Shown: in pieces, positions 1-9,930 of the stretch | Layout: each line of letters opens with the position of its first letter | Numbering within the stretch: the stretch's first letter is position 1 | IMG/VR virus record: IMGVR_UViG_3300021964_000024 | Span: 41,815 to 105,814 of that record | Strand: one strand, 5' to 3' | DNA: 64,000 bases | From: a virus | The notes under the pieces: model-generated | Told to the model about the DNA's origin: nothing | Database searches by the model: none | What the model saw: the letters and a program-made list of their open reading frames with translations, nothing else | Program-made: the position numbers and the translations under genes

Positions 1-142
1 TCATATCTTTAACCCAAGATGACGGGGTGCCGGGTATCCTGGCCTCGACCTCTTTGATGATGGCTTCCTCAGAGAAACCCTCATATACCATAGGATCGAC
101 AATATCCTGCAGATCCATAACATAACTTCCAATTTTACTCAT
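1..142 (-). CDS. hypothetical early protein, partial (runs off window start)
   Basis: ATG at 142, MSKIGSYVMDLQDIVDP..., RBS GAGGAG, sigma70 promoter upstream. Confidence 0.7.
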   Translation of the reverse strand, partial: MSKIGSYVMDLQDIVDPMVYEGFSEEAIIKEVEARIPGTPSSWVKDM

Positions 143-168
143 AATAGTCTCCTCACTGATCTTAGATC

Positions 169-197
169 AGTATATCAGAATTTTGGGAGGTTGTCAA
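169..197 (-). promoter_or_regulatory. sigma70-type early promoter
   Basis: TTGACA-17bp-TATACT. Confidence 0.8.
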
Positions 198-199
198 CA

Positions 200-237
200 T
201 ATAAATAAAAGAAAATTGAACAAAAAGGGTATAAATA
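200..237 (+). promoter_or_regulatory. T4-type late promoter(s)
   Basis: TATAAATA at 200-207 and 230-237. Confidence 0.7.
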
Positions 238-500
238 TGAGTGACGATCTATTTGATTTTGGTTTCTCCTTTGCGGATGAATCAGAAATAGAAGCAGTCC
301 AACAGGCAACCCAAAAGGTTGAAACTGTATCGACAGATGCCCAGTCTACTCAAGAGAGACTGGACAGACTATTCAATGCGATACAACCCCTGTTGAACAA
401 CTTAAAACAGAATCCTGAAAAGGAATATATTTTGTGGCCAAACCGACTAGATAAGATAGAACAGTTTGAAGACCACATACAAAACATCTATCAAGGGTAA
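237..500 (+). CDS. conserved T4-like hypothetical protein
   Basis: MSDDLFDFGFSF...LKQNPEKEYILWPNR; follows late promoter. Confidence 0.7.
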   Translation: MSDDLFDFGFSFADESEIEAVQQATQKVETVSTDAQSTQERLDRLFNAIQPLLNNLKQNPEKEYILWPNRLDKIEQFEDHIQNIYQG

Positions 501-503
501 TCC

Positions 504-1376
504 ATGAATTACAGACAGCGCAACGAGTTGATCGTAACCACACCCAGATCTCCTACGGATACTTCGATTGGGAAGTACATCCATAAAGAAAAGAAGCAAA
601 CTGAGTGGGGAAGACTTAACTACACTATTGGTGGTGAAGTCAGACAGAATGATCTAGTCTTGAGATGGAAAGATTTTTGGTCACATACAGTCAATGATGT
701 GTTCAACTACTGTCCTATGTTCCTCAACTATTTGGCGATCAAAGGATACAAGAAGATACTCTTCGTTGGTCACTATAACGCTGCTCAGACTACATGGACT
801 ATCAACCGCAAGATGGACAGGGTAGTACACAAAACTCCAAGTTATCATTCTTTGGATGAGACTATGGTTGACCCTAACATCTGGTTACAGTTTCTACCTA
901 TTGTCCGTATGGCATATGGGTACATCGATTTCGAAATGCATACAGTGTCTCCTCCGGAATCACGTCACCGTAAAGTCATGAATGCACTGTACAAGAGATA
1001 TGACGTTGATCTAGTGAATTCGGACAAGCAGTACAAGAAAGGTAGAGATGTTCAAATCACAACGCCACCTGATACCCAATATGATTGTGTAGTACTAGCA
1101 GGTGTTCCTAAAGATAGAGATGACTTAGATATCTCTCATCATCACATTCGTTCTGCATTTGCAGGAGTCTGTACTTCAGATTTTGATATCGTGGATTTCT
1201 ACTATAGTGCTCTTCCGTTACAGACTGGTGTATCAGAAGACAACGCCTATTACTTGAATGAAGTGTTTGCGTTGCGTAATGTATGGGATCAGAGATTCAG
1301 AGATGAAAACCCTGAAGACAAGGCAATCCAGTACGCAATTCTAAACGATTCGATTCACTGTTATAAGGGAAGTTAA
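504..1376 (+). CDS. hypothetical protein
   Basis: 290-aa ORF directly following previous gene. Confidence 0.7.
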   Translation: MNYRQRNELIVTTPRSPTDTSIGKYIHKEKKQTEWGRLNYTIGGEVRQNDLVLRWKDFWSHTVNDVFNYCPMFLNYLAIKGYKKILFVGHYNAAQTTWTINRKMDRVVHKTPSYHSLDETMVDPNIWLQFLPIVRMAYGYIDFEMHTVSPPESRHRKVMNALYKRYDVDLVNSDKQYKKGRDVQITTPPDTQYDCVVLAGVPKDRDDLDISHHHIRSAFAGVCTSDFDIVDFYYSALPLQTGVSEDNAYYLNEVFALRNVWDQRFRDENPEDKAIQYAILNDSIHCYKGS

Positions 1377-2245
1377 TTCCACTCTACGTTCTTAGGTACG
1401 TAGTCTTTAATTTTGCGTCTTATCTCTTTATCGAGCGACAGAATCGGAGTAGGTTGTTTTCCTGCTCGTTTGACGTAGAAGTAGTTTGCGTCCTTAACAT
1501 AGGAACCACCCTTACCAGACTTAACTAGAGTTGCGTCAACACCAACCTTATTGAATGCAAACACGATGTCTCCGTCGATGTACTTCTTGAGTTTCTTACC
1601 CATGTTGATGATGTCACCCATCGTATTAGCGGCACCACGGTGAGTGTTGATTAGAATCTCTGACGGTACAGTACGTGCACGTTTTGCATTTTGTTGTTTC
1701 GCAACTTCGATGTCGTTAACTACCCATACGATGTGAACGTTCTTTTTATCGTAACCCAACTTAGCGGCATCCTTTGCGATCTTGTCAAGTTTGTCCAGTG
1801 ACTTCAGAGTCATGTCAAATATGATGTTCGGTTTACGATCTGGATCTGCGGCAAGGACACCACGATAGAACGCACGTTCTTTTCTCTTATCGACCCCCAA
1901 GTAGTTACCCATGATGTCATGGAGTTTCTCTACGTTCTTGGGATCTTTAAGGTTCTGTGCAAGGTCTTCGATATCAACACCAAGTTCATCTGCTACACGC
2001 TTCTTGATAGCAGGAGTCTTTGATGCCAACGTTTTGAGTTCGTCAACATCAAAGACTTTACCTTCTAGTCCTACTAGATTGGACAATACAAATCCTTTCC
2101 CAGATCCCGCACCCCCTGCCATGAGTACGATGTTTCCAAACTTAGGATACGCCTCGCCACCAAAGGTGATGAGTTTCTCCATAAGGATATTGAATTCCTC
2201 TTGTAGAAAGAGGTCTTCTTTTAAAAATGAGTTAAAGGACTGCAT
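1373..2245 (-). CDS. P-loop kinase (Pnk/zeta-toxin-like) with capsid-targeting-like N-terminus
   Basis: Walker A GGAGSGKG, DVD, lid-like NAKRARTVP; N-term MQSFNSFLKE. Confidence 0.7.
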   Translation of the reverse strand: MQSFNSFLKEDLFLQEEFNILMEKLITFGGEAYPKFGNIVLMAGGAGSGKGFVLSNLVGLEGKVFDVDELKTLASKTPAIKKRVADELGVDIEDLAQNLKDPKNVEKLHDIMGNYLGVDKRKERAFYRGVLAADPDRKPNIIFDMTLKSLDKLDKIAKDAAKLGYDKKNVHIVWVVNDIEVAKQQNAKRARTVPSEILINTHRGAANTMGDIINMGKKLKKYIDGDIVFAFNKVGVDATLVKSGKGGSYVKDANYFYVKRAGKQPTPILSLDKEIRRKIKDYVPKNVEWN

Positions 2246-2278
2246 GTGTCAGTATAGATCCTGTTAGGTTAATAACAG

Positions 2279-2286
2279 TATTTATA
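2279..2286 (-). promoter_or_regulatory. T4-type late promoter
   Basis: TATAAATA upstream of the kinase gene. Confidence 0.75.
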
Positions 2287-2437
2287 CAAATAAGGCTACT
2301 AAGATAATGCATCCCATGATAATCATTACATTTGGATAGACTGACCAACAGTGTTTGAAGTCTTTCCATGTCTCTTGACCAAACCTTTTTAAGTCAGTAC
2401 CTAATCCGGCAAAAGATTCTTTTATTTGTTTTTTCAT
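2282..2437 (-). CDS. small membrane protein
   Basis: 51-aa ORF MKKQIKESF...IIMGCIILVALFV filling the gap. Confidence 0.55.
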   Translation of the reverse strand: MKKQIKESFAGLGTDLKRFGQETWKDFKHCWSVYPNVMIIMGCIILVALFV

Positions 2438-3066
2438 TTTTTATCCTTTACTATTATTGTTACGTTATCTCCGATAGGAAACTTGATCCTATCATGACTA
2501 TGATATAAGAAGAATTTAGTGTCACTGAACTCATCAAACATCTTAGGCCAGATCGGTCTCCAATTATTTGCTAATCGGTGAGTGTTCTGTGGACTCCTGT
2601 CTGATGCTAGTAGTAGATCTGTGTAACTACGTAGCGTAGTATCAAACATTGAGTCAAATCCATAGATGTGCACTTCACTCGCTTTTTGCACTCTACATGC
2701 ATAGTCAACCGCCATGTGACCGCAACTGTAGTTTGTTGCAGCTTGTCTTGCCGACTGTCCCGGCAACTGTGCATACGCAGGTATATGTGTATGCATAGCT
2801 TTAATTTTCTGGGCGTACTTCAGATAAAACATTGGTTGCATATCCATCCAGTGTCTAGGACGGGTTCCAAGTATCCAATCGTACATGTCCAATTTGATCA
2901 TACCTTCAGCAAGTGCCATCATCATTTTGAAATCAACCATACAGGTTGCAAACACTTCTGTGTTAGGTATATCAAAAGGTGGCATGTTGCATATCAACAA
3001 CCTGCCTGGCGATCCCCTCTCAAATTGGTGGGCATGATCACCGTTTCCAAGAACATTCCATCTCAT
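2434..3066 (-). CDS. hypothetical, glycosyltransferase-like protein
   Basis: VLGNG N-terminus, SCGHMA, IYGFD motifs. Confidence 0.45.
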   Translation of the reverse strand: MRWNVLGNGDHAHQFERGSPGRLLICNMPPFDIPNTEVFATCMVDFKMMMALAEGMIKLDMYDWILGTRPRHWMDMQPMFYLKYAQKIKAMHTHIPAYAQLPGQSARQAATNYSCGHMAVDYACRVQKASEVHIYGFDSMFDTTLRSYTDLLLASDRSPQNTHRLANNWRPIWPKMFDEFSDTKFFLYHSHDRIKFPIGDNVTIIVKDKK

Positions 3067-3081
3067 TGTAAAAGCACCCTA

Positions 3082-3564
3082 CTATCGGTTCCGCATCATA
3101 TGTAACGCTTTCTCGTAATCTTCCTGCGTCACGACACCCTCTTGAAGTAACTTCTGACGATTCCTCATATGCTTACCAACAAGTTCGTCTTTAGATCCAC
3201 CAAAGTAAGGTACTGCATGTCCCTCTTCAATAAGGACTTCAGTGACTTTCTTTCCGTCCGGTAGACGGAAGTCACCAAGGATACGACCAAACTTACCTTT
3301 CATATCTTCACCATGTTTGTCTTCGGTGGTGATAAGTTTAGCACCTGATTCCATTAGTTCCTTGAGACGTTTCTTTGCCGCCTCACCAAATAAGTCTTCT
3401 ACTCTGTCACTGGTGCGTGACTCCGGAGTATCAATACCAACAATTCTGACTCGCTCATCAGTGAGTACAACATTGAATCCTAAGTCAATGTCTACGTCCA
3501 CTGTGTCACCGTCTACTACTTTAATGACCGTAACGTCATACTCGTTTGAGACAATACGTCTCAT
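3082..3564 (-). CDS. thermonuclease (SNase family)
   Basis: VVDGDT, RVRIVGIDTPE, KFGRILG. Confidence 0.9.
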   Translation of the reverse strand: MRRIVSNEYDVTVIKVVDGDTVDVDIDLGFNVVLTDERVRIVGIDTPESRTSDRVEDLFGEAAKKRLKELMESGAKLITTEDKHGEDMKGKFGRILGDFRLPDGKKVTEVLIEEGHAVPYFGGSKDELVGKHMRNRQKLLQEGVVTQEDYEKALHMMRNR

Positions 3565-3704
3565 AATCTTACCCTCTTTTCTAGTGTTTCGATCATACGA
3601 TCTTTATTCTTCTGCCACGCCTCTTGTGTGCGGGTTCCTTTCTCAAAGAACTGTGATTCCTTGAGTCTCTCTAACGCAGACTCACGTCTACGCTTCTTCG
3701 CCAT
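3561..3704 (-). CDS. small basic hypothetical protein
   Basis: MAKKRRRESAL, RBS GAGGAG. Confidence 0.55.
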   Translation of the reverse strand: MAKKRRRESALERLKESQFFEKGTRTQEAWQKNKDRMIETLEKRVRL

Positions 3705-3712
3705 TGCTCCTC

Positions 3713-3913
3713 TCATTCGAAGTGCTTCTCCAATACAAACAGTTGATCTTCCCACTCTGCAATTGAGTGAAGTTCTTTTTGAACCGCTTCCATTACATCG
3801 GGATGTTCTCCGATACCTGCAGGGTTCTTTAGATACACTTCCACGTTTACCTTGTGTAGTGCAATCTGTCCTTCTGCATACTGACGTAGTGCAGCTAACA
3901 TTTTAGTCCTCAT
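3713..3913 (-). CDS. conserved hypothetical protein
   Basis: NPAGIGEHPD motif typical of T4-like phage small proteins. Confidence 0.7.
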   Translation of the reverse strand: MRTKMLAALRQYAEGQIALHKVNVEVYLKNPAGIGEHPDVMEAVQKELHSIAEWEDQLFVLEKHFE

Positions 3914-4334
3914 TACCTTCTTCCTTGACTGGTTCTTCTTCCTCGTTGGTGTTGATAGTGCGGTAGTACACCACCACTTCTTTCAACTGAGTTATATATC
4001 TACGAATTTCTTGCATGTTATATGCCATGAGTTCGTAGTCACCTACTGACATCGCCATAAAAACCAACTGTCCCTCATGACGTTTCTGGATATCTTCCAT
4101 GAAAGTATCCACGTTCTTGTCCGATACAACATACCACTGAGGATCACGTAGTTTGATACCACGAGGCATTGCGGGATGTGTAATCGGTATCTGTACTTCT
4201 ACAGTACGGATCTCTACTGGAATTGGTGCAGGTGGTTCCTTCTTACCAAAGAAGGGAATACCCATAGTGGAACAACCACTAATCGTCAATAGCATCAATG
4301 TCAGCAGTATCTTGTTCGATAGTTCTGAAAACAT
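3903..4334 (-). CDS. o-spanin (Rz1-like lipoprotein)
   Basis: lipobox ISG-C, Pro-rich linker, overlaps upstream i-spanin. Confidence 0.7.
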   Translation of the reverse strand: MFSELSNKILLTLMLLTISGCSTMGIPFFGKKEPPAPIPVEIRTVEVQIPITHPAMPRGIKLRDPQWYVVSDKNVDTFMEDIQKRHEGQLVFMAMSVGDYELMAYNMQEIRRYITQLKEVVVYYRTINTNEEEEPVKEEGNED

Positions 4335-4683
4335 CCTTAGTCCCCTTGTTTACTCGTGTTTCAATTAACCCCGGCTTTGCAGCAGCAAGTTTAGATAAGT
4401 TGTGTCTCGCAAAGATAGAGAGGTATCGATTCATCTCACCTTCGATCTCAGCGTTACGTGCAGACTGTGTTTGCAGTGCTTCGGTAGTCTTTTTCAGGTT
4501 ACCCTGAAGTGCTTCGATAGTCCTTACCTGCTCTTCCTGTCTGGTTTCAAATGCAGTAATAACCCCTGCTTGGGTTTGTAATTGTGCTTGCATATCTGCC
4601 ATCTTGGATTCGGTTGTCTGGAAATAAATGTATCCAACACCCGCACCCGCAACGATAAATGCAAACAGTAGTTTACTCAACAT
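4279..4683 (-). CDS. i-spanin (Rz-like)
   Basis: N-terminal TM plus coiled coil, KPGLIE motif. Confidence 0.7.
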   Translation of the reverse strand: MLSKLLFAFIVAGAGVGYIYFQTTESKMADMQAQLQTQAGVITAFETRQEEQVRTIEALQGNLKKTTEALQTQSARNAEIEGEMNRYLSIFARHNLSKLAAAKPGLIETRVNKGTKDVFRTIEQDTADIDAIDD

Positions 4684-5374
4684 CGTGCCAATTCTCCTTT
4701 ATATATTTTAAGTTACCCAGATCGTGTGGTTTTGGTCTTCCACCACAATCGACAATTTTACATTTAGGAGTAACGTAAGAGGGAAACTTCCATTGTCCTA
4801 GTACCTTACTACTTAGGTGAAACTTTAAGTTCAGTTTCACACTGGGAAACGTCTCATCTATGTAAAACACTTTCTTACCCAAACGTTCAATCAAGTGTCC
4901 GGTGTACACCTGATCCCCACCATCATATCCAAACTGAGGGTTGTTAACAAACATGTCCCACACGTCTTGCATCTTACCCTTCTCTAAAATCATCATTGAC
5001 GAAGAGTATTTATTATTTTTCCACATTATGGCATCGGAAACACACGCAACATCGTATCCACTTTTTAGTTGTTGGATCGAATAGTCTATCTCCTCATCAA
5101 AGTTACGTTGTAAAACGTTGTCGATGTCTAAGTATACCACATACTGTTGCGGAATGTCAAGGTCATATGCCTTCATCTTATTCCACCATCCATATCCTTT
5201 ACCAAAAGGTGGTTGGATAGGAGCACTGAGGTTACTCAGTTCGCCAGGCCGATCAGTAATACAATATGAAAAGACGTTGTATTCTGTCAGATCCACAAAC
5301 CTTTTTACGATCTTGTTCGCATACTCCATGGGGTAATTGTCTGTGCAGACTGTAAGTAATGCAATCTCTTTCAT
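4673..5374 (-). CDS. glycosyltransferase (GT-A, GT8-like)
   Basis: WWNK, YLDID, SSSMM, GGDQ, KPH. Confidence 0.8.
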   Translation of the reverse strand: MKEIALLTVCTDNYPMEYANKIVKRFVDLTEYNVFSYCITDRPGELSNLSAPIQPPFGKGYGWWNKMKAYDLDIPQQYVVYLDIDNVLQRNFDEEIDYSIQQLKSGYDVACVSDAIMWKNNKYSSSMMILEKGKMQDVWDMFVNNPQFGYDGGDQVYTGHLIERLGKKVFYIDETFPSVKLNLKFHLSSKVLGQWKFPSYVTPKCKIVDCGGRPKPHDLGNLKYIKENWHDVE

Positions 5375-6021
5375 ACCACCACCAACTCAATACCTTTCTC
5401 GTAGTTATGTTTTGCAACACATCCTCTCTCGTATTGAATCGTAGTGAACGAGTCATCTGCCTTTGCAACCCATGGATAACACTCTTGCAACCAAGGGAAG
5501 TTTAAAACGTTCAGGTAGATATCAGTAGGACGTGAATAATGTTCGATCTTGTTCAGTAACTCTTGTGCACCTTTTGGTTTTACGATGTACGCATGTGCAC
5601 CCTTGAAATAGTCTGCCTGCGTCAAAGGATTGACACCAAGAGTCATAGGGGTGTTGTACTTACCGTAACTGGGTTGTCCGATTGTAAGACACCTATCAAA
5701 TGACAGGGGTGGAAGACGATCAAAGAAAACAGTATCATGTTCAAGGATCATCACATTCTCGTTGTTCTGAACACTATAGTTCCAAAGGGATTTGTGCGAT
5801 AGGAAACACGCTAGCGCATTGTCTGCTCTAGAGTATTGACTCTCAAACATGTGACGTTGTAGTTTGGCGTTATCACACTGCAGTGCGAAATCCGAATCTC
5901 TGGGTGTAGTCGCTTTCCATTTATCTACGTGAATTCCGTACCTCTTCGCAGAAGTGATACACCTGTCTGCCGCACGTTGAGAAAGATCGTTGTCAAAAAT
6001 AGTAATTACAAAACTTTTCAT
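5371..6021 (-). CDS. glycosyltransferase family 25
   Basis: ACFLSH, ILEHD, GAHAYIV. Confidence 0.85.
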   Translation of the reverse strand: MKSFVITIFDNDLSQRAADRCITSAKRYGIHVDKWKATTPRDSDFALQCDNAKLQRHMFESQYSRADNALACFLSHKSLWNYSVQNNENVMILEHDTVFFDRLPPLSFDRCLTIGQPSYGKYNTPMTLGVNPLTQADYFKGAHAYIVKPKGAQELLNKIEHYSRPTDIYLNVLNFPWLQECYPWVAKADDSFTTIQYERGCVAKHNYEKGIELVVV

Positions 6022-6728
6022 TATGTCGTTGTTGTGGATTCGTCTCCACTAACCCTCGTGTAGTATGGGTGTATTACCCTAAGCCATGGGAACAGTTCCC
6101 GACACATGTATGCGTCATTAGGAAACATTCCATAATCTCTAACTCTATCTAGTAGTTCTTTAGCACCCGCAGGTTCGATGTAGTACGCAGAGTTACCCGC
6201 AAGTCCTTGTGGTACAGGATCCTCTCCTGCTTCAACTACTCTTGGTACTGGTTGAATACCACCCAACATTTGACTATGATATTGGTATGATCTTCGAGTC
6301 GCACCACGTGGATCATTCAGTCCTATGACTTTATGTCCCTTGAACGTCTCTAGGTCATCATCGGGTCTACGAATAAACCTTGCATCTGCTTCACATACGA
6401 TTCTAGGTTCGTCCTTAGTAACACAGTCATCCCACTGCAACATGTGACTGAGTGAACATGCAACCTTTTTCTTTTGGTCTGCAGCCCTGTATGCGAACTT
6501 GTATAGTCCTGTTTGTAAATCAAGACCGTTCTGATCTTCGGACACCGGCCAGTTCCATCTGAAATTTGACCGATTGAAGTATTTGAATTCCATCATCGAT
6601 GAGTCAATGGTATCTGGTACAACCGCATCAACTACAACAGGTGTCAGTCCACTCTTAACGGCGAACAGACTATTGATTAGAAATTTTTCAGTTTGGATCT
6701 TAGGGATCCTTATGATGTAGACATTCAT
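6021..6728 (-). CDS. glycosyltransferase family 25
   Basis: ACSLSH, CEADA, GNSAYYI. Confidence 0.8.
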   Translation of the reverse strand: MNVYIIRIPKIQTEKFLINSLFAVKSGLTPVVVDAVVPDTIDSSMMEFKYFNRSNFRWNWPVSEDQNGLDLQTGLYKFAYRAADQKKKVACSLSHMLQWDDCVTKDEPRIVCEADARFIRRPDDDLETFKGHKVIGLNDPRGATRRSYQYHSQMLGGIQPVPRVVEAGEDPVPQGLAGNSAYYIEPAGAKELLDRVRDYGMFPNDAYMCRELFPWLRVIHPYYTRVSGDESTTTT

Positions 6729-7516
6729 ATAGACTTGAATAGTTCCTCTACGTTCTCGCCTTGTTCTGGTAACAAGTCTTTCAAAAAGAAGTGCACGAAG
6801 TGACACTCTTCAATTTTAGTATTCGCACCGTACAGACCATTCCATTTCCAGTCCATATGTTGTACAGGTACGTCATACTTCTTGAGGAAGTAGTTCAATA
6901 AAGTCTGATCAGTAGACCACTTCCATGCACCAATACCATCCACAAAGTCCTTGAACTCCATGCGGTTAATAAATTCTTTTGCAGTATCGTCTTTCAGATA
7001 CGGTTTGAAGTTTTGACAGTTGATCACCATCATTCCCATGTTCGCAAACTCAAACCCAAGGTTAGTGGGACTGAAGTCTGTCTGGTTCGAGTGAAGTTGT
7101 CCATACTGCATACGAGAGTAGGTGACTATCTTCTGTTGGTACGCAGGAGTAATGGGCATCTCCCTTTCGTACACACACCCAAACGCAACGTCTGGATCGA
7201 TTGCATCAAAGATGTTAGGTGCATCCGGACGAATGTAGATATCCGCATCGATGATTGCGATCTGATCAAACTCATCTAGTAAATTGAACGCATTCTCTTT
7301 CTCGTAGATAGGGAGAAACCCACCATGCTTCATCCAACTATCCGTTGAACGATTGCTAGTGAAAGGATCGGGTTTGATCTTGAGAATCCCGTTGCGTTGT
7401 ACATGTTGCTTCAAGTTGTGCTTCTTAGAATAGTCGCACACACTATCGATGCACTTCTTGTACAATTTACTGTCGCCCTGTCTACCCAGAGCGACCTGAT
7501 ATATTAATCGTCGCAT
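6725..7516 (-). CDS. glycosyltransferase (GT-A)
   Basis: IIDADI, NMGMM, TDQTLLN, WKWN, FVHF. Confidence 0.8.
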   Translation of the reverse strand: MRRLIYQVALGRQGDSKLYKKCIDSVCDYSKKHNLKQHVQRNGILKIKPDPFTSNRSTDSWMKHGGFLPIYEKENAFNLLDEFDQIAIIDADIYIRPDAPNIFDAIDPDVAFGCVYEREMPITPAYQQKIVTYSRMQYGQLHSNQTDFSPTNLGFEFANMGMMVINCQNFKPYLKDDTAKEFINRMEFKDFVDGIGAWKWSTDQTLLNYFLKKYDVPVQHMDWKWNGLYGANTKIEECHFVHFFLKDLLPEQGENVEELFKSI

Positions 7517-7746
7517 TAGTGGATCTTTTCTATCTGATAGTCAAATGGGGCAACAGTCTTGATTTCAAAACTATTACCGTCCGTCTTCACTCCAACTAAG
7601 TGAGTGGGTTTCTTCGTGGTGATCTTCTTCAGATGATAGACACGCTTGGTTGTCTTAGGATCAAACTGCGTTCCACCCTTGTACCAAACGGTTACCACAA
7701 ACTCTTCAGTGAACCAGTCCAACCATAACTTGCGTAACCAACCCAT
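7516..7746 (-). CDS. hypothetical protein
   Basis: 76-aa ORF with RBS, in operon. Confidence 0.6.
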   Translation of the reverse strand: MGWLRKLWLDWFTEEFVVTVWYKGGTQFDPKTTKRVYHLKKITTKKPTHLVGVKTDGNSFEIKTVAPFDYQIEKIH

Positions 7747-7837
7747 GATTCAGTCCTCTGAAGTTAATGCAACATACATCATTGTAATTGCTGCACATAC
7801 AGATACCACTAAAATACCAGCTAAAACAGTTTCCATG

Positions 7838-8083
7838 TTATCTCCTACTATATTTACTTCTACCCTCGTTCAGTAGTTTGAACTTGGATAGTTTCTTCTT
7901 TCTCTTTAATTTAGCGTTTGCAGTATTCTTGATTTCGTTCGGTTTGACATGGAACTGTCTCTTCCTACACTCTGTCACGACTCCCGCTCTATTTACTGCA
8001 CGAGACCATCTTCTTAACATCTTGTCAAACGATTCCTCGTACTTCCCTTTATATCCAACTCTTTTTGGTTCTACTCTTGGCAT
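7838..8083 (-). CDS. rpsU: ribosomal protein bS21
   Basis: ESFDKMLRRWSRAV..GVVTECRKRQFHVKP. Confidence 0.85.
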   Translation of the reverse strand: MPRVEPKRVGYKGKYEESFDKMLRRWSRAVNRAGVVTECRKRQFHVKPNEIKNTANAKLKRKKKLSKFKLLNEGRSKYSRR

Positions 8084-8094
8084 GTTCCTCCTAG

Positions 8095-9096
8095 TTAAAG
8101 TGCATTAATATCTCTATAATCATTGAGATCGAACGCAGTGCCGATCATCTTATGGAGATCTCTATTATGATTAGTATACACTAAAACTTCGGGATCGTCA
8201 AGCAAAAAGTCACAACTTTTACAATAATCTGGATAATTCTTAGTTCTGTGTCCCTCTCTTAGTGCAGAGTATTCAGGGCCACGAATGATTTCTTCTATGG
8301 TATTGACTGACGTATGACCAAGTACAGCTTCTTCATCACGCCCCAAGACTTGACAACAAGGATGAACAGCACCACGGTGACCGTCCATTCCGCCAGCACG
8401 TATAACAACGTCTGGACTAAAAGGTCTTCCACAAGTTTTTACCTCTCCCTTTCTGGCGTTCTTGCCGATATCCCATGCACCAGACCAGTTATGCATTTTC
8501 CATATCTCAGTCTTAACACCTAGTTCCTCGACCAACGCTTTGTATTGTTCTAGTTCTTGTTCTATGTTATCGTTATCAGTTATGAGATGATACGTCTCTA
8601 CAACACAATCAGATCCAGACTCCTTGACATACGCAACCATCTCTTCGATGTTCTTCTTGATCAAATGATAGTTACTACCTCTTGTGTTGTGCATCCATTT
8701 GTCATAGAGTTCTGGGGTGGGGCCAATGAAAGAGAATCTAAAAAAGTCTAGTCCTGCATCAACACAATCTCTCATGAACTGACCCTGCATCTTGAATCCG
8801 TTCGAGAAGATGACCGCCTGTGCATTGTACTTCTTTACGATCTTGATGTATTCGGGTAGGTTACGATTGATCGTTGCCTCACCAGAACCATCTAGGTTAA
8901 CTACTCGCAGTCCGTGTTGTGCACAGTCTGCAACGTTATCCTCGAAGTCCAATAGGTTCATCTTACCTATAAAGTTCTTGTGTCTTCCTCCAGTTCGTTT
9001 GTCCTGTGGACACATTGTACAATCGAAATTACATCCCCCTTGTATTTCGATAACTGCTCTATCTATCTTGATAGAATTGTCTACACCTTTGCTCAT
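8095..9096 (-). CDS. radical SAM protein with SPASM/twitch domain
   Basis: CNFDCTMC, GSGEA, CGRPF, HPCC, CKSC. Confidence 0.9.
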   Translation of the reverse strand: MSKGVDNSIKIDRAVIEIQGGCNFDCTMCPQDKRTGGRHKNFIGKMNLLDFEDNVADCAQHGLRVVNLDGSGEATINRNLPEYIKIVKKYNAQAVIFSNGFKMQGQFMRDCVDAGLDFFRFSFIGPTPELYDKWMHNTRGSNYHLIKKNIEEMVAYVKESGSDCVVETYHLITDNDNIEQELEQYKALVEELGVKTEIWKMHNWSGAWDIGKNARKGEVKTCGRPFSPDVVIRAGGMDGHRGAVHPCCQVLGRDEEAVLGHTSVNTIEEIIRGPEYSALREGHRTKNYPDYCKSCDFLLDDPEVLVYTNHNRDLHKMIGTAFDLNDYRDINAL

Positions 9097-9922
9097 ATTC
9101 TATTGCTCGTTTTTTACTTGAACCTAACATCTCAGATAGGTTGTTCATCCAGTAATATATATTACGTGGGTTATCCTCTTCTGCGTCAGTCTTAACGCAG
9201 TGTGGTGTATGGTAATTAGTAATACCCTCAGTACTCAAAATCACCATCGGTGTTTGAAAGTTACGGGCAATGTAATGCCACATACCATCATAACACACTA
9301 CTTGTCTACACGTTGATATGTGATAGAACGCTTCTGATATAGGTGTTCTATATGTCAGTTCAACGGTATATAATCCTGCCTGACGCATTAAGCTTATTAT
9401 ATCATCCCATTGCTCATGTGTCAAGACCCTTTTCCAAGTTCTTGGTTGTTCTGCATTGAAGGTAGGTCTCCAGACTACTACCTTTCTTTTGTCTATTACT
9501 CTAGGGACATCTCGAAAGATCCAGTCGGGGAATGGTGCGTTACCACCCTCTCTATCGTCGTATACCCCTGACTGAAAAAAGAATCTATTTTTATGACCAC
9601 GATTGATTGCTGCTATACGTAAGGTTCCATCATCTTCTCTTACGAAGTCATCTGCAAATTTCCAATCACTGTATCGTGTAGTTTGTCCATATACATGCCT
9701 CACCTGAACATCATCTTTTCTATAATAGAAATTGTGCATGTACTCCAATCGTTCTATGATTGTTTCCGGATCTTCGAAGTGGTGTAGGTGATGCTCGTCG
9801 TGTTCCCAGTGAAACTCCAGTACTACTTTCTTCTTGTATTCATAACAATAGTTATGGACACAGTTAAGTGCCCACATGAAGTCACCTACACCAGGCGTAC
9901 CTCTCCAAGTTACATATTCCAT
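9059..9922 (-). CDS. glycosyltransferase-like (GT-B/GT9-like)
   Basis: GVGD N-terminus, YDGMWHYIA. Confidence 0.55.
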   Translation of the reverse strand: MEYVTWRGTPGVGDFMWALNCVHNYCYEYKKKVVLEFHWEHDEHHLHHFEDPETIIERLEYMHNFYYRKDDVQVRHVYGQTTRYSDWKFADDFVREDDGTLRIAAINRGHKNRFFFQSGVYDDREGGNAPFPDWIFRDVPRVIDKRKVVVWRPTFNAEQPRTWKRVLTHEQWDDIISLMRQAGLYTVELTYRTPISEAFYHISTCRQVVCYDGMWHYIARNFQTPMVILSTEGITNYHTPHCVKTDAEEDNPRNIYYWMNNLSEMLGSSKKRAIEYEQRCRQFYQDR

Positions 9923-9930
9923 TCATCACC

